NCBI GenBank assembly: GCA_964016885.1 | Contig: OZ024741.1 | Coordinates: 404,860,001-404,924,000 of the forward strand | Direction: 5' to 3' | Length of the DNA: 64,000 nt | Origin: Eledone cirrhosa | Lineage: Eukaryota | Shown: positions 24,559 through 38,300 of the stretch, piece by piece | Position numbering within the stretch: position 1 is the first letter of the stretch | Layout: every line of letters starts with the position of its first letter | Notes under the pieces: generated by a model | Databases searched by the model: none | What the model was told of the DNA's origin: nothing | The model's input: the letters and a program-made list of their open reading frames with translations, nothing else | Translations under genes and position numbers: made by a program

Positions 24559-26354
24559 TATATATATATATATATATATGAAAAAAGTTTGTCCTTCATC
24601 AGTGATCTTCCAACCATCATAGGCATTTCATCGCTTTAAAGATCATATACCTCCGGTTGGTGCGAGCAACGGCTAAAAAAAGTCGTTGGGACACGTAAAT
24701 AAAGGGGACGCGAGGGTAAACAAACAAAATGGTAAAGCAACAGAAAGTGAGGAAGAAAGAGACAAGTCCCAGATTTCTATGAATTTAAATTCGGTGAAAT
24801 CGTGAACGAGAGAATAAAGACCATCAAACCTGGTTGAAATGTGAGCAAGGAAGGAATTTCGCACAGGTCTAACGGGAGGAAGAAGGGGTCTGGTCTGCGA
24901 ATTCGGTAAACATAAGTTCTGTGAAATCGTAGACGAGAGAGAGAAAAAATTCCGACCAGCTTGGCCGAGAGTGCGAGAGAAAAGAATTACTCACAGGTCA
25001 AACGGGAAGAAGAAGGAGGAGGAGAGGTAGTGACAGAGAATGAGTGAGTGAAGGGTGAAGAAGAGGCTAACAGAGAGAGAGACTGCTAGAAAGGGTAAAG
25101 ATACATAGAACGAAAAAGACGTGTAACAGCAGAGGAAAAAATATGTGTAAATATGATAATAAGGGCGCTGCGGAGTTGCAAAATATATATATTAGAATCC
25201 TTGGCTATGAAAAGAGTGGAGTGTCAATATTTTCCACTCTTCCTCTCCACACAGAAAACGATGACTGGTTAACTTTATAGAAGAACTCTTACAGTGTAAT
25301 CTAAAATTATCTGTTTGCCTTATTCAAATTTACCTTCATATCTCGTCAAAAGAAATTATTGATACTATTTGACAGTTTTTACGTTTTTTTGTCTTTCTTG
25401 TTATGTTTTCATAATTTACATGATTTTTTTCTGGTTGCGGGGCAACTTTACAATCGATGATTTGGGAGTAAAAGCTGCTTCTCGTGTGTTTATCAGTCAA
25501 AGTAAAACAGTTATTTCTTGTAACAAGAATGGTGCTGTGAGAAGGGAGAGTGTTATAATCAATTTAATCGATAGAATTATGTCACTGTTGCTCAGTTTAT
25601 CGACTAACGCGAGATGAAAGTTTAAGTTGACCCAGCTAGGATGAGAACACAGACAACAGTAACTCTCCTGTTACAATAAAGTATCACTGGAATATCACTT
25701 CCTCAGATCTACTGTCTCAGCTATTTATTCTGTTCACTTTAAAACTAAAATCGTTGAAGTAATCGGATTTTAAAGAAAATTATTGTTTTTATCCTTGAGA
25801 AATGAAATATTAAAAAGAGGAAAAGTTATTCCAAGTTTTCCTTCTTAGCAATAACTGCAAATTGTAAGATATTGCTTTATAAGTACAAAACACTTGAGGC
25901 AAGCAGTTCGGTTACCAATATTGGCATTATAATTCATATTTGAGAAGCAGGAAACACTGAAAATTTCAGATTAAATGTAGGAAAATATATAAAAATTATG
26001 AATAGAAATGTTTGAGAATAGTTTTCTAATTTCAGATATCATGGTATGTTGTAATTCCTTTCTTTTATTCCAAGTATTGCTTTACTAAAAGAAGTTGTAC
26101 CGAAATCTAACTTACTGCCAGCTAAATATAGCTTGTTAGAACATAATATATATAGACAGGCAAAGAAAGAAAATCACATTTGTAACACAGCCGGGCTGCT
26201 ATCAAATTCCTCTCCAGAAATATGTTTGGCAGATTCGATCCAGTCAAACTAAAAAATATTTTTTAAAGTAAACGAGTATGAAGATTTCTCAGATATGTTT
26301 GAGATAACGGCATCAAAATTAAATAATTTAAACCTCAGATGATGTATTTAAATA

Positions 26355-26725
26355 GAGAAGGTGCAAAGGGTGTTTGGAGTAACGTTACTCGATCGAGTAA
26401 GTAGCACGGAGATCAGAGAGTCACTCAATGTAGAGCCGCGATTTCACCGAATTGAGAGATCACAACTCCGATATTACGGATATGTGGTTAGAATGTCTCG
26501 GGGAAAGAATCGCTGGACAGATTGTACGAGAAAAACCAAGTGGCAGGAAACCCAGGGGTAGGCACTTAGCTATGGTGGAGAGTCATGTGGAAAAACACAA
26601 TATGGGTAACTTGGCTATTATTAATCAGGGCGTTAGCAATATGTTGTATTTTTAAACTGATGGCAACCCAAGGTAATTTCGTTAGGTAAATGATATGTCT
26701 ACGTCAGAAGAAGAAGAAGAAGAAG

Positions 26726-26755
<30 letters not shown>
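26355..26755 (+). mobile_element. RTE-clade LINE 3' fragment
   Basis: ORFs 26361 and 26452 give RVFGVTLLDRVSSTEIRESLNVEP..IERSQLRYYGYVVRM / ERIAGQIV..GRKPRGR, homologous to 3049-3320; (GAA)n at 26706-26755. Confidence 0.75.
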
Positions 26756-26756
<1 letters not shown>

Positions 26757-26959
26757 TGTAAGGATTATAAATATTTAAATGTGATGGTGAGACCCACTAC
26801 TTTTTCGATCACTTGGACAGCACTTAACGGATTTTAACTCTTTGACTCAGTGCTGCCAGCTAAAGAATTATCGGTCTATTATGTAAAGCTTCAGTCTTTA
26901 TTTTACAGCGGTGAGATTAATTATATAAGTAATTTATTTAGACCTTGGTAGACAGGGAC

Positions 26960-27407
26960 GGCGCATGGCTTGGTGGTTAGAGCATTGAGCTTGCAATCGA
27001 AAAGGTTGTGAGTTCAATACTCGAACCGGGTGATGTGTTGTTTCCGTGAGCAAGACACTTTATTTCACGTTGCTCCAGTTTACTCAGCTGTAGAAATGAG
27101 ATGATAGGACTGGGGTCCCTATCATTAAATTACCCAAGACACCTCCAACGAGATATATCTTGGAGGAGGCCAGCTAAACCTGCATAGGTGTGAGCTGTCA
27201 CACACACACATAGGCGTGAGCTGTCACACACACACACATAGGTGTGAGCTGTCACACACACACATAGGCGTGAGCTGTCACACACACACATAGGCGTGAG
27301 CTGTCACACACACATAGGCGTGAGCTGTCACACACACACACATAGGTGTGAGCTGTCACACACACACACATAGGTGTGAGCTGTCACACTCACACACACA
27401 TACACTC
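26960..27407 (+). mobile_element. CORE-type SINE (family B) with 8x tandemly repeated 3' end
   Basis: Colinear with 8592-8844; TSD agacagggac at 26950-26959 and 27408-27417. Confidence 0.88.
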
Positions 27408-27567
27408 AGACAGGGACATTAACACAAAGTAGCCTCAGTGTTTTACCCGAAATGGTAATGTTACGTCACTTAGTTTTACCTCTCCTTACAATGGTTTCCA
27501 AGCTCGAATCCTACCATTTAGACTTTGGCTTTAATGCATTCAAAGTCGTCTGAGTAGTGTAGGGCAA

Positions 27568-27942
27568 TACTAGGGTAGGCTGAAATGTTCATAGACTGAC
27601 TACCAACGAGTAAAATGCTAGAGCTGTGAAATCTTGCATGCATTAATTTCAATACTTTTTCAATACTGCATTGTTTTTTTGTTTGTTTCGGTTTATTTAT
27701 GGGGGGGGGGTCCAGAGACTATGTTGAAAAATAAACCTCATTTGGTCATTCCATTATAGTATCTTGGTCAGCATATGAAGGAGTGATGCTAGCGCTGTGA
27801 AATCTTGCATGCATTAATTTCAACTATTCTTATTAATAACTGCATTGTTTCTTTCGGGGGACTTTGTTGAAAAATAAGCCCCATTTGGTAATTCCATGAG
27901 AGTATCTTGGTCAGCTTATCAACCTTTCTATCGACCCTCGTA
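27568..27942. mobile_element. Mariner-type MITE with two internal units
   Basis: TIRs tactagggtaggctgaaatgttcatag / cttatcaacctttctatcgaccctcgta; TA at both ends; internal unit duplicated. Confidence 0.8.
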
Positions 27943-28372
27943 TATTTAATGGTTGTTCAGTAGTTTATATCCACAATCATCAAACTTTATCTTTCAACTG
28001 AGTCTACAAAAAACTACAACATTGATTATCTTTATTTTTGTATCGATATATGTTTATTTCATGCATTAGGCTGACCGATTCTGTTGTTTTGCCTTAAGAT
28101 TGATCATTTTTATTGATCTCAGTAGGTCGATAATTTAATTGAAGTGTGACGCTTAGGCCATACACAAGAATATAAATGATTAATTAGTCTCATTAACTAT
28201 TGCCGTAAAAGGTTCAATGATTTAACATATAATCCCAGAAGTATTTATCAGTAGGTGATAACCCGCTTGAGGTTTTCTTGAAATTATGTGATGTGAGGCC
28301 ATCTACCATAATAATACGTCAAGTACGTTTGTATATATAAATATACATACACACACACACATATATATATAC

Positions 28373-28507
<135 letters not shown>

Positions 28508-28702
28508 AGATAACGAGGAATCAGAGATTCATCAAAACGCAATTTATTAATATATTACATACGTTTCTCCGACGATCAGCTCAAGGCAGGATTTGTTACA
28601 GATCGAACCTGACTCTACATTCGCAAGGTCCTCAGATATGTTTATCGTTTTTAAGGCATTTCTTCCAACTTCTTTGTATAAAGTATAAATAAATATTCAC
28701 AT

Positions 28703-28731
<29 letters not shown>

Positions 28732-28735
<4 letters not shown>

Positions 28736-28855
28736 GATAAGAGTCAGGACCCCGACGACCGAGCTCAGGCCTTTTCGACAGCTAGATCCGAACGTTCGGA
28801 TCTAGCTGTCGAAACGGCCGGAGCCCAGCCGTCGGGGTCCTGACTCTTTTCCTAT
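28732..28855. repeat. Spacer-less palindrome (62-bp arms)
   Basis: Axis at 28793/28794 (ccgaac|gttcgg); central 21-bp arms perfect, several mismatches distally. Confidence 0.92.
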
Positions 28856-28938
28856 TACCCACTCTACTACACTAAGTATAGAGTACTCTGGTGCGTTACG
28901 ATCCACCTGGTTTCTTACCACACTTTCTTTGTTATATA

Positions 28939-28970
<32 letters not shown>

Positions 28971-29337
28971 ACAAAGAAAGTGTAATTCATTAAACACACC
29001 CAAGCGCATGCACTCCTACACATAATACATTACCTATCACAGTCATGTTAAAATAAAAGTTTGTTTTCCATGTGCTAGGTCTTGGATCCTAGCTTTACAT
29101 TTGTCATTATAAATAGTTATTTCTCGAAACTTACTCATATATTTAATCCTGTATCTCATTTTTACATATATCCTGGGCATTTGTGTAATTATATCCCAGA
29201 AATAAATTATTAGAATATCACTTTTATTCTTAATCAATTCCACGACTTAGTAATCAGCATAATCTATAGGGTTTCTCTTATACAAGTCATGAATTTATCA
29301 AAATACAAATTTTCCAGTTTGTCTGATTGTTCATGTA

Positions 29338-32300
29338 TCCACCAGTCCTGGTATATATGGTATACCAATCCTGGACACCAAATATTAAATATATCCAACC
29401 CTCTTGTCACCATTATTGACGAAACTAGTCCACCAGTCCTGGTATATATGATATACCAATCCTGGACACCAAATATTAAATATATCCAACACTATTGTCA
29501 ACATTACTGACGACGCTGGTCCACCAGTCCTGGTATATATGGTATATCAATCCTCGACACCAAATATTAAATATATCCAACACTATTGTCAACATTACTG
29601 ACGGCACTGGTCCACCAGTCCTAGTATATATGGTATACCAATCCTGGACACCAAATATTAAATATATCCAACACTATTGTCAACATTACTGACGACGCTG
29701 GTCCACCAGTCCTGGTATATATGGTATATCAATCCTCGACACCAAATATTAAATATATCCAACGCTATTGTCACCGTAACTGACGGCACTGGTCCACCAG
29801 TCCTGGTATATATGGTATACCAATCCTGGACACCAAATATTAAATATATCCAACGCTATTGTCACCGTAACTGACGGCACTGGTCCACCAGTCCTGGTAT
29901 ATATGGTATAACAATCCTGGACATCAACTATTAAATATATCCAAAATTATTGTCACCATTACTAACGACACTGGTCCACTAGTCCTGGTATATATGGTAT
30001 ACCAATCCTGGACACCAAATATTAAATATATCCAACACTAATGTCACCATTATTGACGACACTGGTCCACCAGTCCTGGTATATATGGTATACCAATCCC
30101 GGACACCATATATTTATCCAATAATAATGTCACCATTACTGACGACACTGGTCCACCAGTCCTGGTATATATGGTATACCAATCCTGGACACCAAATATT
30201 AAATATGTCCAAAACTATTGTCACCATTACCGACGACACTGGTCCACTAGTCCTGGTATATATGATATACCAGTCCTGGACACCAAATATTAAATATATC
30301 CAACACTATTGTCACCATTACTGACGACACTGGTCCACCAGTCCTGGTATATATTTTATAACAATCCTGGACACCAAATATTTAATTTATCCAACACAAT
30401 TGTCAAAATTACTGACGACACTGGTCCACCAGTCCTGGTATATATGGTATCCCAATCCGGGACACTAAATATTAAATATATCCAACGCTATTGTCACCAT
30501 TACTGACGACACTGGTCCACTAGACCTGGTATATATGGTATACCAATCCTGGACACCAAATATTTAATATATCCAACGCTATTGTCACCATTACTGACGA
30601 CACTGGTCCACTATTCCTAGTATATATGGTATACCAATCCTGGACACCAAATATTAAATATATCCAACCCTCTTGTCACCATTATTGACGAAACTGGTCC
30701 ACCAGTCCTGGTATATATGGTATACCAATTCTGGACACCAAATATTAAATATATCCAAAACTATTGTCACCATTACTGACGACACTGGTCCACAAGTTCT
30801 GGTATATATGGTATACCAATCCTGGACACCAAATATTAAATATATCCAACCCTCTTGTCACCATTATTGACGAAACTGGTCCACCAGTCCTGGTATATAT
30901 GGTATACCAATTCTGGACACCAAATATTAAATATATCCAAAAATATTGTCACCATTACTGACGACACTGGTCCACTAGTCCTGGTATATATGATATACCA
31001 GTCCTGGACACCAAATATTAAATATATCCAACACTATTCTCACCATTACTGACGGCACTGTTCCACCAGTTCTGCTTTATATGGTATACCAATCTTGGAA
31101 ACCAAATATTTAATTTATCCAACACAATTGTCAAAATTACTGCCGACACTGGTCCACCAGTCCTCGTATATATGGTATACCAATCCTGGACATCAACTAT
31201 TAAATATATCCAAAATTATTGTCACCATTACTGACGACACTGGTCCACTAGTCCTGGTATATATCGTATGCCAATCCTGGACACCAAATATTAAATATAT
31301 CCAACACTAATGTCACCATTATTGACGACACTGGTCCACCAGTCCTGGTATATATGGTATATCAATCCTCAACACCAAATATTAAATATATCCAACACTA
31401 TCGTCACAATTACTGACGACACTGGTCCGCCAGTCCTGGTATATATGGTATACCAATCCTGGACACCAAATATTAAATATATCCAACACTATTGTCACCA
31501 TTACTGACAACACTGGTCCACCAGTCCTGGTATATATGGTATACCAATCTAGAACACTAAATATTAAATATATCCAACAATAATGTCACAATTACTGCCG
31601 ACACTGGTCCACCAGTCCTGGTATATATGGTATACCAATCCTGGACGCCAAATATTTAATTTATCCAACACAATTGTCACCATTACTGCCGACACTGGTC
31701 CACCAGTCCTGGTATATATGGTATACCAATCCTGGACACCAAATATTAAATATATCCAACACTATTGTCACAATTACTGACGACACTGGTCCGCCAGTCC
31801 TGGTATATATGGTACACCAATCCCGGACACCATATATTTCTCAAAGAATAATGTCACCATTACTGACGACACTGGTCCACCAGTCCTGGTATATATGGTA
31901 TACCAATCCTGGACACCAAATATTAAATATATCCAACACTATTGTCACCATTACTAACAACACTGGTCCACCAGTCCTGGTATATATGGTATCCCAATCC
32001 GGGACACTAAATATTAAATATTTCCAACGCTATTGTCACCATTACTGACGACACTGGTCCACTAGACCTGGTATATATGGTATACCAATCCTGGACACCA
32101 AATATTTAATATATCCAACGTTATTGTCACCATTACTGACGACACTGGTCCACTATTTCTAGTATATATGGTATACCAAGCCTGGACACCAAATATTAAA
32201 TATATCCAACCCTCTTGTCACCATTATTGACGAAACTGGTCCACTAGTCCTGGTATATATGATATACCAGTCCTGGACACCAAATATTAAATATATCCAA

Positions 32301-35300
32301 CACTATTCTCACCATTACTGACGGCACTGTTCCACCAGTTCTGCTTTATATGGTATACCAATCTTGGAAACCAAATATTTAATTTATCCAACACAATTGT
32401 CAAAATTACTGCCGACACTGGTCCACCAGTCCTCGTATATATGGTATACCAATCCTGGACATCAACTATTAAATATATCCAAAATTATTGTCACCATTAC
32501 TGACGACACTGTTCCACTAGTCCTGGTATATATCGTATGCCAATCCTGGACACCAAATATTAAATATATCCAACACTAATGTCACCATTATTGACGACAC
32601 TGGTCCACCAGTCCTGGTATATATGGTATATCAATCCTCAACACCAAATATTAAATATATCCAACACTATTGTCAAAATTACTGACGGGACTGTTCCAGC
32701 AGTTCTGGTATATATGGTATACCAATCCTGGATACCAAATATTTAATTTATCCAACACGATTGTCAACATTACTGCTGACACTGGTCCACCAGTCCTGGT
32801 ATATATGGTATACCAATCCTGCACACCAAATATTAAATATATCCAACAATAATGTCACCATTACTGACGACACTGGTCCACTAGACCTGGTTTATATTGT
32901 ATACCAATCCTTGACGCCAAATATTAAATATATCAAACAGTAATGTCACAATTACTGACGACACTGGTCCACCAGTCTTGGTATATATGGTATACCAATA
33001 CTGGACACCTAATTTTAAATATATCCAACACTATTGTCACCATTACTGACGACACTGGTCCACTAGTCCTGGTATATATGATATACCAATCCTGGACACC
33101 AAATATTAAATATATCCAACTCTATTTTCACCATTACTGACGACACTGGTCCACTATTACTAGTATATATGGTATACCAATCCTGGACACCAAATATTAA
33201 ATATATCCAACCCTCTTGTCACAATTATTGACGAAACTGTTCCACCAGTCTTGGTATATATGGTATACCAAGCCTGGACACCAAATATTAAATATATCCA
33301 ACACTATTGTCACCATTACTGACGACACTGGTCCACCAGTCCTGGTATATATGGCATACCAATCCTGGACACCAAATATTAAATATATCCAACACTATTG
33401 TCACCATTACTAACAACACTGGTCCACCAGTCCTGGTATATATGGTATCCCAATCCGGGACACTAAATATTAAATATTTCCAACGCTATTGTCACCATTA
33501 CTGACGACACTGGTCCACTAGACCTGGTATATATGGTATACCAATCCTGAACACCAAATATTTAATATATCCAACGTTATTGTCACCATTACTGACGACA
33601 CTGGTCCACTATTCCTAGTATATATGGTATACCAAGCCTGGACACCAAATATTAAATATATCCAACCCTCTTGTCACCATTATTGACGAAACTGGTACAC
33701 TAGTCCTGGTATATATGATATACCAGTCCTGGACACCAAATATTAAATATATCCAACACTATTCTCACCATTACTGACGGCACTGTTCCACCAGTTCTGC
33801 TTTATATGGTATACCAATCTTGGAAACCAAATATTTAATTTATCCAACACAATTGTCAAAATTACTGCCGACACTGGTCCACCAGTCCTCGTATATATGG
33901 TATACCAATCCTGGACATCAACTATTAAATATATCCAAAATTATTGTCACCATTACTGACGACACTGGTCCACTAGTCCTGGTATATATCGTATGCCAAT
34001 CCTGGACACCAAATATTAAATATATCCAACACTAATGTCACCATTATTGACGACACTGGTCCACCAGTCCTGGTATATATGGTATATCAATCCTCAACAC
34101 CAAATATTAAATATATCCAACACTATTGTCACAATTACTGACGGGACTGTTCCAGCAGTTCTGGTATATATGGTATACCAATCCTGGATACCAAATATTT
34201 AATTTATCCAACACGATTGTCAACATTACTGCTGACACTGGTCCACCAGTCCTGGTATATATGGTATACCAATCCTGCACACCAAATATTAAATATATCC
34301 AACAATAATGTCACCATTACTGACGACACTGGTCCACTAGACCTGGTTTATATTGTATACCAATCCTTGACGCCAAATATTAAATATATCAAACAGTAAT
34401 GTCACAATTACTGACGACACTGGTCCACCAGTCTTGGTATATATGGTATACCAATCCTGGACACCTAATTTTAAATATATCCAACACTATTGTCACCATT
34501 ACTGACGACACTGGTCCACTAGTCCTGGTATATATGATATACCAATCCTGGACACCAAATATTAAATATATCCAACTCTAATTTCACCATTACTGACGAC
34601 ACTGGTCCACTATTACTAGTATATATGGTATACCAATCCTGGACACCAAATATTAAATATATCCAACCCTCTTGTCACAATTATTGACGAAACTGTTCCA
34701 CCAGTCTTGGTATATATGGTATACCAAGCCTGGACACCAAATATTAAATATATCCAACACTATTGTCACCATTAATGAGGACACTGGTCCACTAGTCCTG
34801 GTATATATGATATACCAATCCTGGACACCAAATATTAAATATATCCAACACTATTGTCACCATTTCTTACGGAACTGGTCCGCCAGTCCGGGTATATATG
34901 GTGTACCAATCATGGACACCAAATATTATATATATCCAACGCTCTTGTCACAATTATTGACGAAACTGGTACACCAGTCCTGGTATATATGGTATACCAA
35001 ACCTGGACACCAAATATTAAATATATCCAACACTATTGTCACCATTACTGACGACACTGGTCCACTAGTCCTGGTATATATGGTATACCAATCCTGGACA
35101 CCAACTATTAAATATATACAACACTATTGTCAACATTACTGGCGACACTGGTTCGCCAGTCCTGCTATATATGGTATATCAATCCTCGACACCAAATATT
35201 AAATATATCCAACTAAAATGTCACCATTACTGACGACACTGGTCCACCAGTCCTGGTATATATGGTATATCAATCCAATCCTGGACACTAAATATTAAAT

Positions 35301-38300
35301 ATATCCAACAATAATGTCACAATTACTGACGACACTGGTCCACCAGTCCTCGTATATATGGTATACCAATCCTGGACACCAAATATTAAATATATCCAAC
35401 ACTATTGTCACCATTACTGACGACACTGGTCCACCAGTCCTGGTATATATGGTATATCAATCCTCAACACCAAATATTAAATATATCCAACAATAATGTG
35501 ACCATTACTGACGACACTGGTCCACTTGTCCTGCTATATATGGTATACCAATCCTGGACACTAAATATTAAATATATCCAAAAATAATGTCAGAATTACT
35601 GACGACACTGGTCCACCAGTTCTGGTATATATGGTATGCCAATCTTGGACACTAAATATTTAATTTATCCAACACAGTTGTCACCATTACTGCCGACACT
35701 GGTCCACCAGTCCTGGTATATATGTTATACCAATCCTGGACACCAAATATTAAATATATCCAAACCTATTGTCACCATTATTGACGACACTAGTCCTCTA
35801 GTCCTGGTATATATGGTATACCAATCCTGGACACCAAATATTAAATATATCCAACACTATTGTCACCATTACTGACGGCACTTGTCCACTAGTCCTGGTA
35901 TATATTTTATACCAATCCTGGACACCAAATATTAAATATATACAACACTATTGTCACCATTACTGACGGTACTGGTCCATAAGTCCTGGTATATATGGTA
36001 TACCAATCCTGGATACCAAATATTAAATATATACAACACTATTGGCACCATTACTGACGGTACTGGTCCACTAGACCTGGTATATATGGTATTCCAAACC
36101 TGGACACCAACTATTAAATATATCCAACACTATTGTCGCCATTACTGAAGACACTGGTCCAATAGTCCTGGTATAATTGATATACCAATCCTGGACACCA
36201 AATATTAAATATATCCAACACTATTGTCACCATTACTAACAACACTGGTCCACCAGTCCTGGTATATATGGTATCCCAATCCGGGACACTAAATATTAAA
36301 TATTTCCAACGCTATTGTCACCATTACTGACGACACTGGTCCACTAGACCTGGTATATATGGTATACCAATCCTGGACACCAAATATTTAATATATCCAA
36401 CGTTATTGTCACCATTACTGACGACACTGGTCCACTATTCCTAGTATATATGGTACACCAAGCCTGGACACCAAATATTAAATATATCCAACCCTCTTGT
36501 CACCATTATTGACGAAACTGGTCCACTAGTCCTGGTATATATGATATACCAGTCCTGGACACCAAATATTAAATATATCCAACACTATTCTCACCATTAC
36601 TGACGGCACTGTTCCACCAGTTCTGCTTTATATGGTATACCAATCTTGGAAACCAAATATTTAATTTATCCAACACAATTGTCAAAATTACTGCCGACAC
36701 TGGTCCACCAGTCCTCGTATATATGGTATACCAATCCTGGACATCAACTATTAAATATATCCAAAATTATTGTCACCATTACTGACGACACTGGTCCACT
36801 AGTCCTGGTATATATCGTATGCCAATCCTGGACACCAAATATTAAATATATCCAACACTAATGTCACCATTATTGACGACACTGGTCCACCAGTCCTGGT
36901 ATATATGGTATATCAATCCTCAACACAAAATATTAAATATATCCAACACTATTGTCACAATTACTGACGGGACTGTTCCAGCAGTTCTGGTATATATGGT
37001 ATACCAATCCTGGATACCAAATATTTAATTTATCCAACACGATTGTCAACATTACTGCTGACACTGGTCCACCAGTCCTGGTATATATGGTATACCAATC
37101 CTGCACACCAAATATTAAATATATCCAACAATAATGTCACCATTACTGACGACACTGGTCCACTAGACCTGGTTTATATTGTATACCAATCCTTGACGCC
37201 AAATATTAAATATATCAAACAGTAATGTCACAATTACTGACGACACTGGTCCACCAGTCTTGGTATATATGGTATACCAATCCTGGACACCTAATTTTAA
37301 ATATATCCAACACTATTGTCACCATTACTGACGACACTGGTCCACTAGTCCTGGTATATATGATATACCAATCCTGGAGACCAAATATTAAATATATCCA
37401 ACTCTATTTTCACCATTACTGACGACACTGGTCCACTATTACTAGTATATATGGTATACCAATCCTGGACACCAAATATTAAATATATCCAACCCTCTTG
37501 TCACAATTATTGACGAAACTGTTCCACCAGTCTTGGTATATATGGTATACCAAGCCTGGACACCAAATATTAAATATATCCAACACTATTGTCACCATTA
37601 ATGAGGACACTGGTCCACTAGTCCTGGTATATATGATATACCAATCCTGGACACCAAATATTAAATATATCCAACACTATTGTCACCATTTCTGACGGAA
37701 CTGGTCCGCCAGTCCGGGTATATATGGTGTACCAATCATGGACACCAAATATTATATATATCCAACGCTCTTGTCACAATTATTGACGAAACTGGTACAC
37801 CAGTCCTGGTATATATGGTATACCAAACCTGGACACCAAATATTAAATATATCCAACACTATTGTCACCATTACTGACGACACTGGTCCACTAGTCCTGG
37901 TATATATGGTATACCAATCCTGGACACCAACTATTAAATATATACAACACTATTGTCAACATTACTGGCGACACTGGTTCGCCAGTCCTGCTATATATGG
38001 TATATCAATCCTCGACACCAAATATTAAATATATCCAACTAAAATGTCACCATTACTGACGACACTGGTCCACCAGTCCTGGTATATATGGTATATCAAT
38101 CCAATCCTGGACACTAAATATTAAATATATCCAACAATAATGTCACAATTACTGACGACACTGGTCCACCAGTCCTCGTATATATGGTATACCAATCCTG
38201 GACACCAAATATTAAATATATCCAACACTATTGTCACCATTACTGACGACACTGGTCCACCAGTCCTGGTATATATGGTATATCAATCCTCAACACCAAA

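Noticed and set aside
29043-29243. 66-aa minus-strand ORF beside the satellite (likewise the 87-aa ORF at 7563-7826)
   Set aside because: Non-ATG starts, no recognisable homology or splice support.
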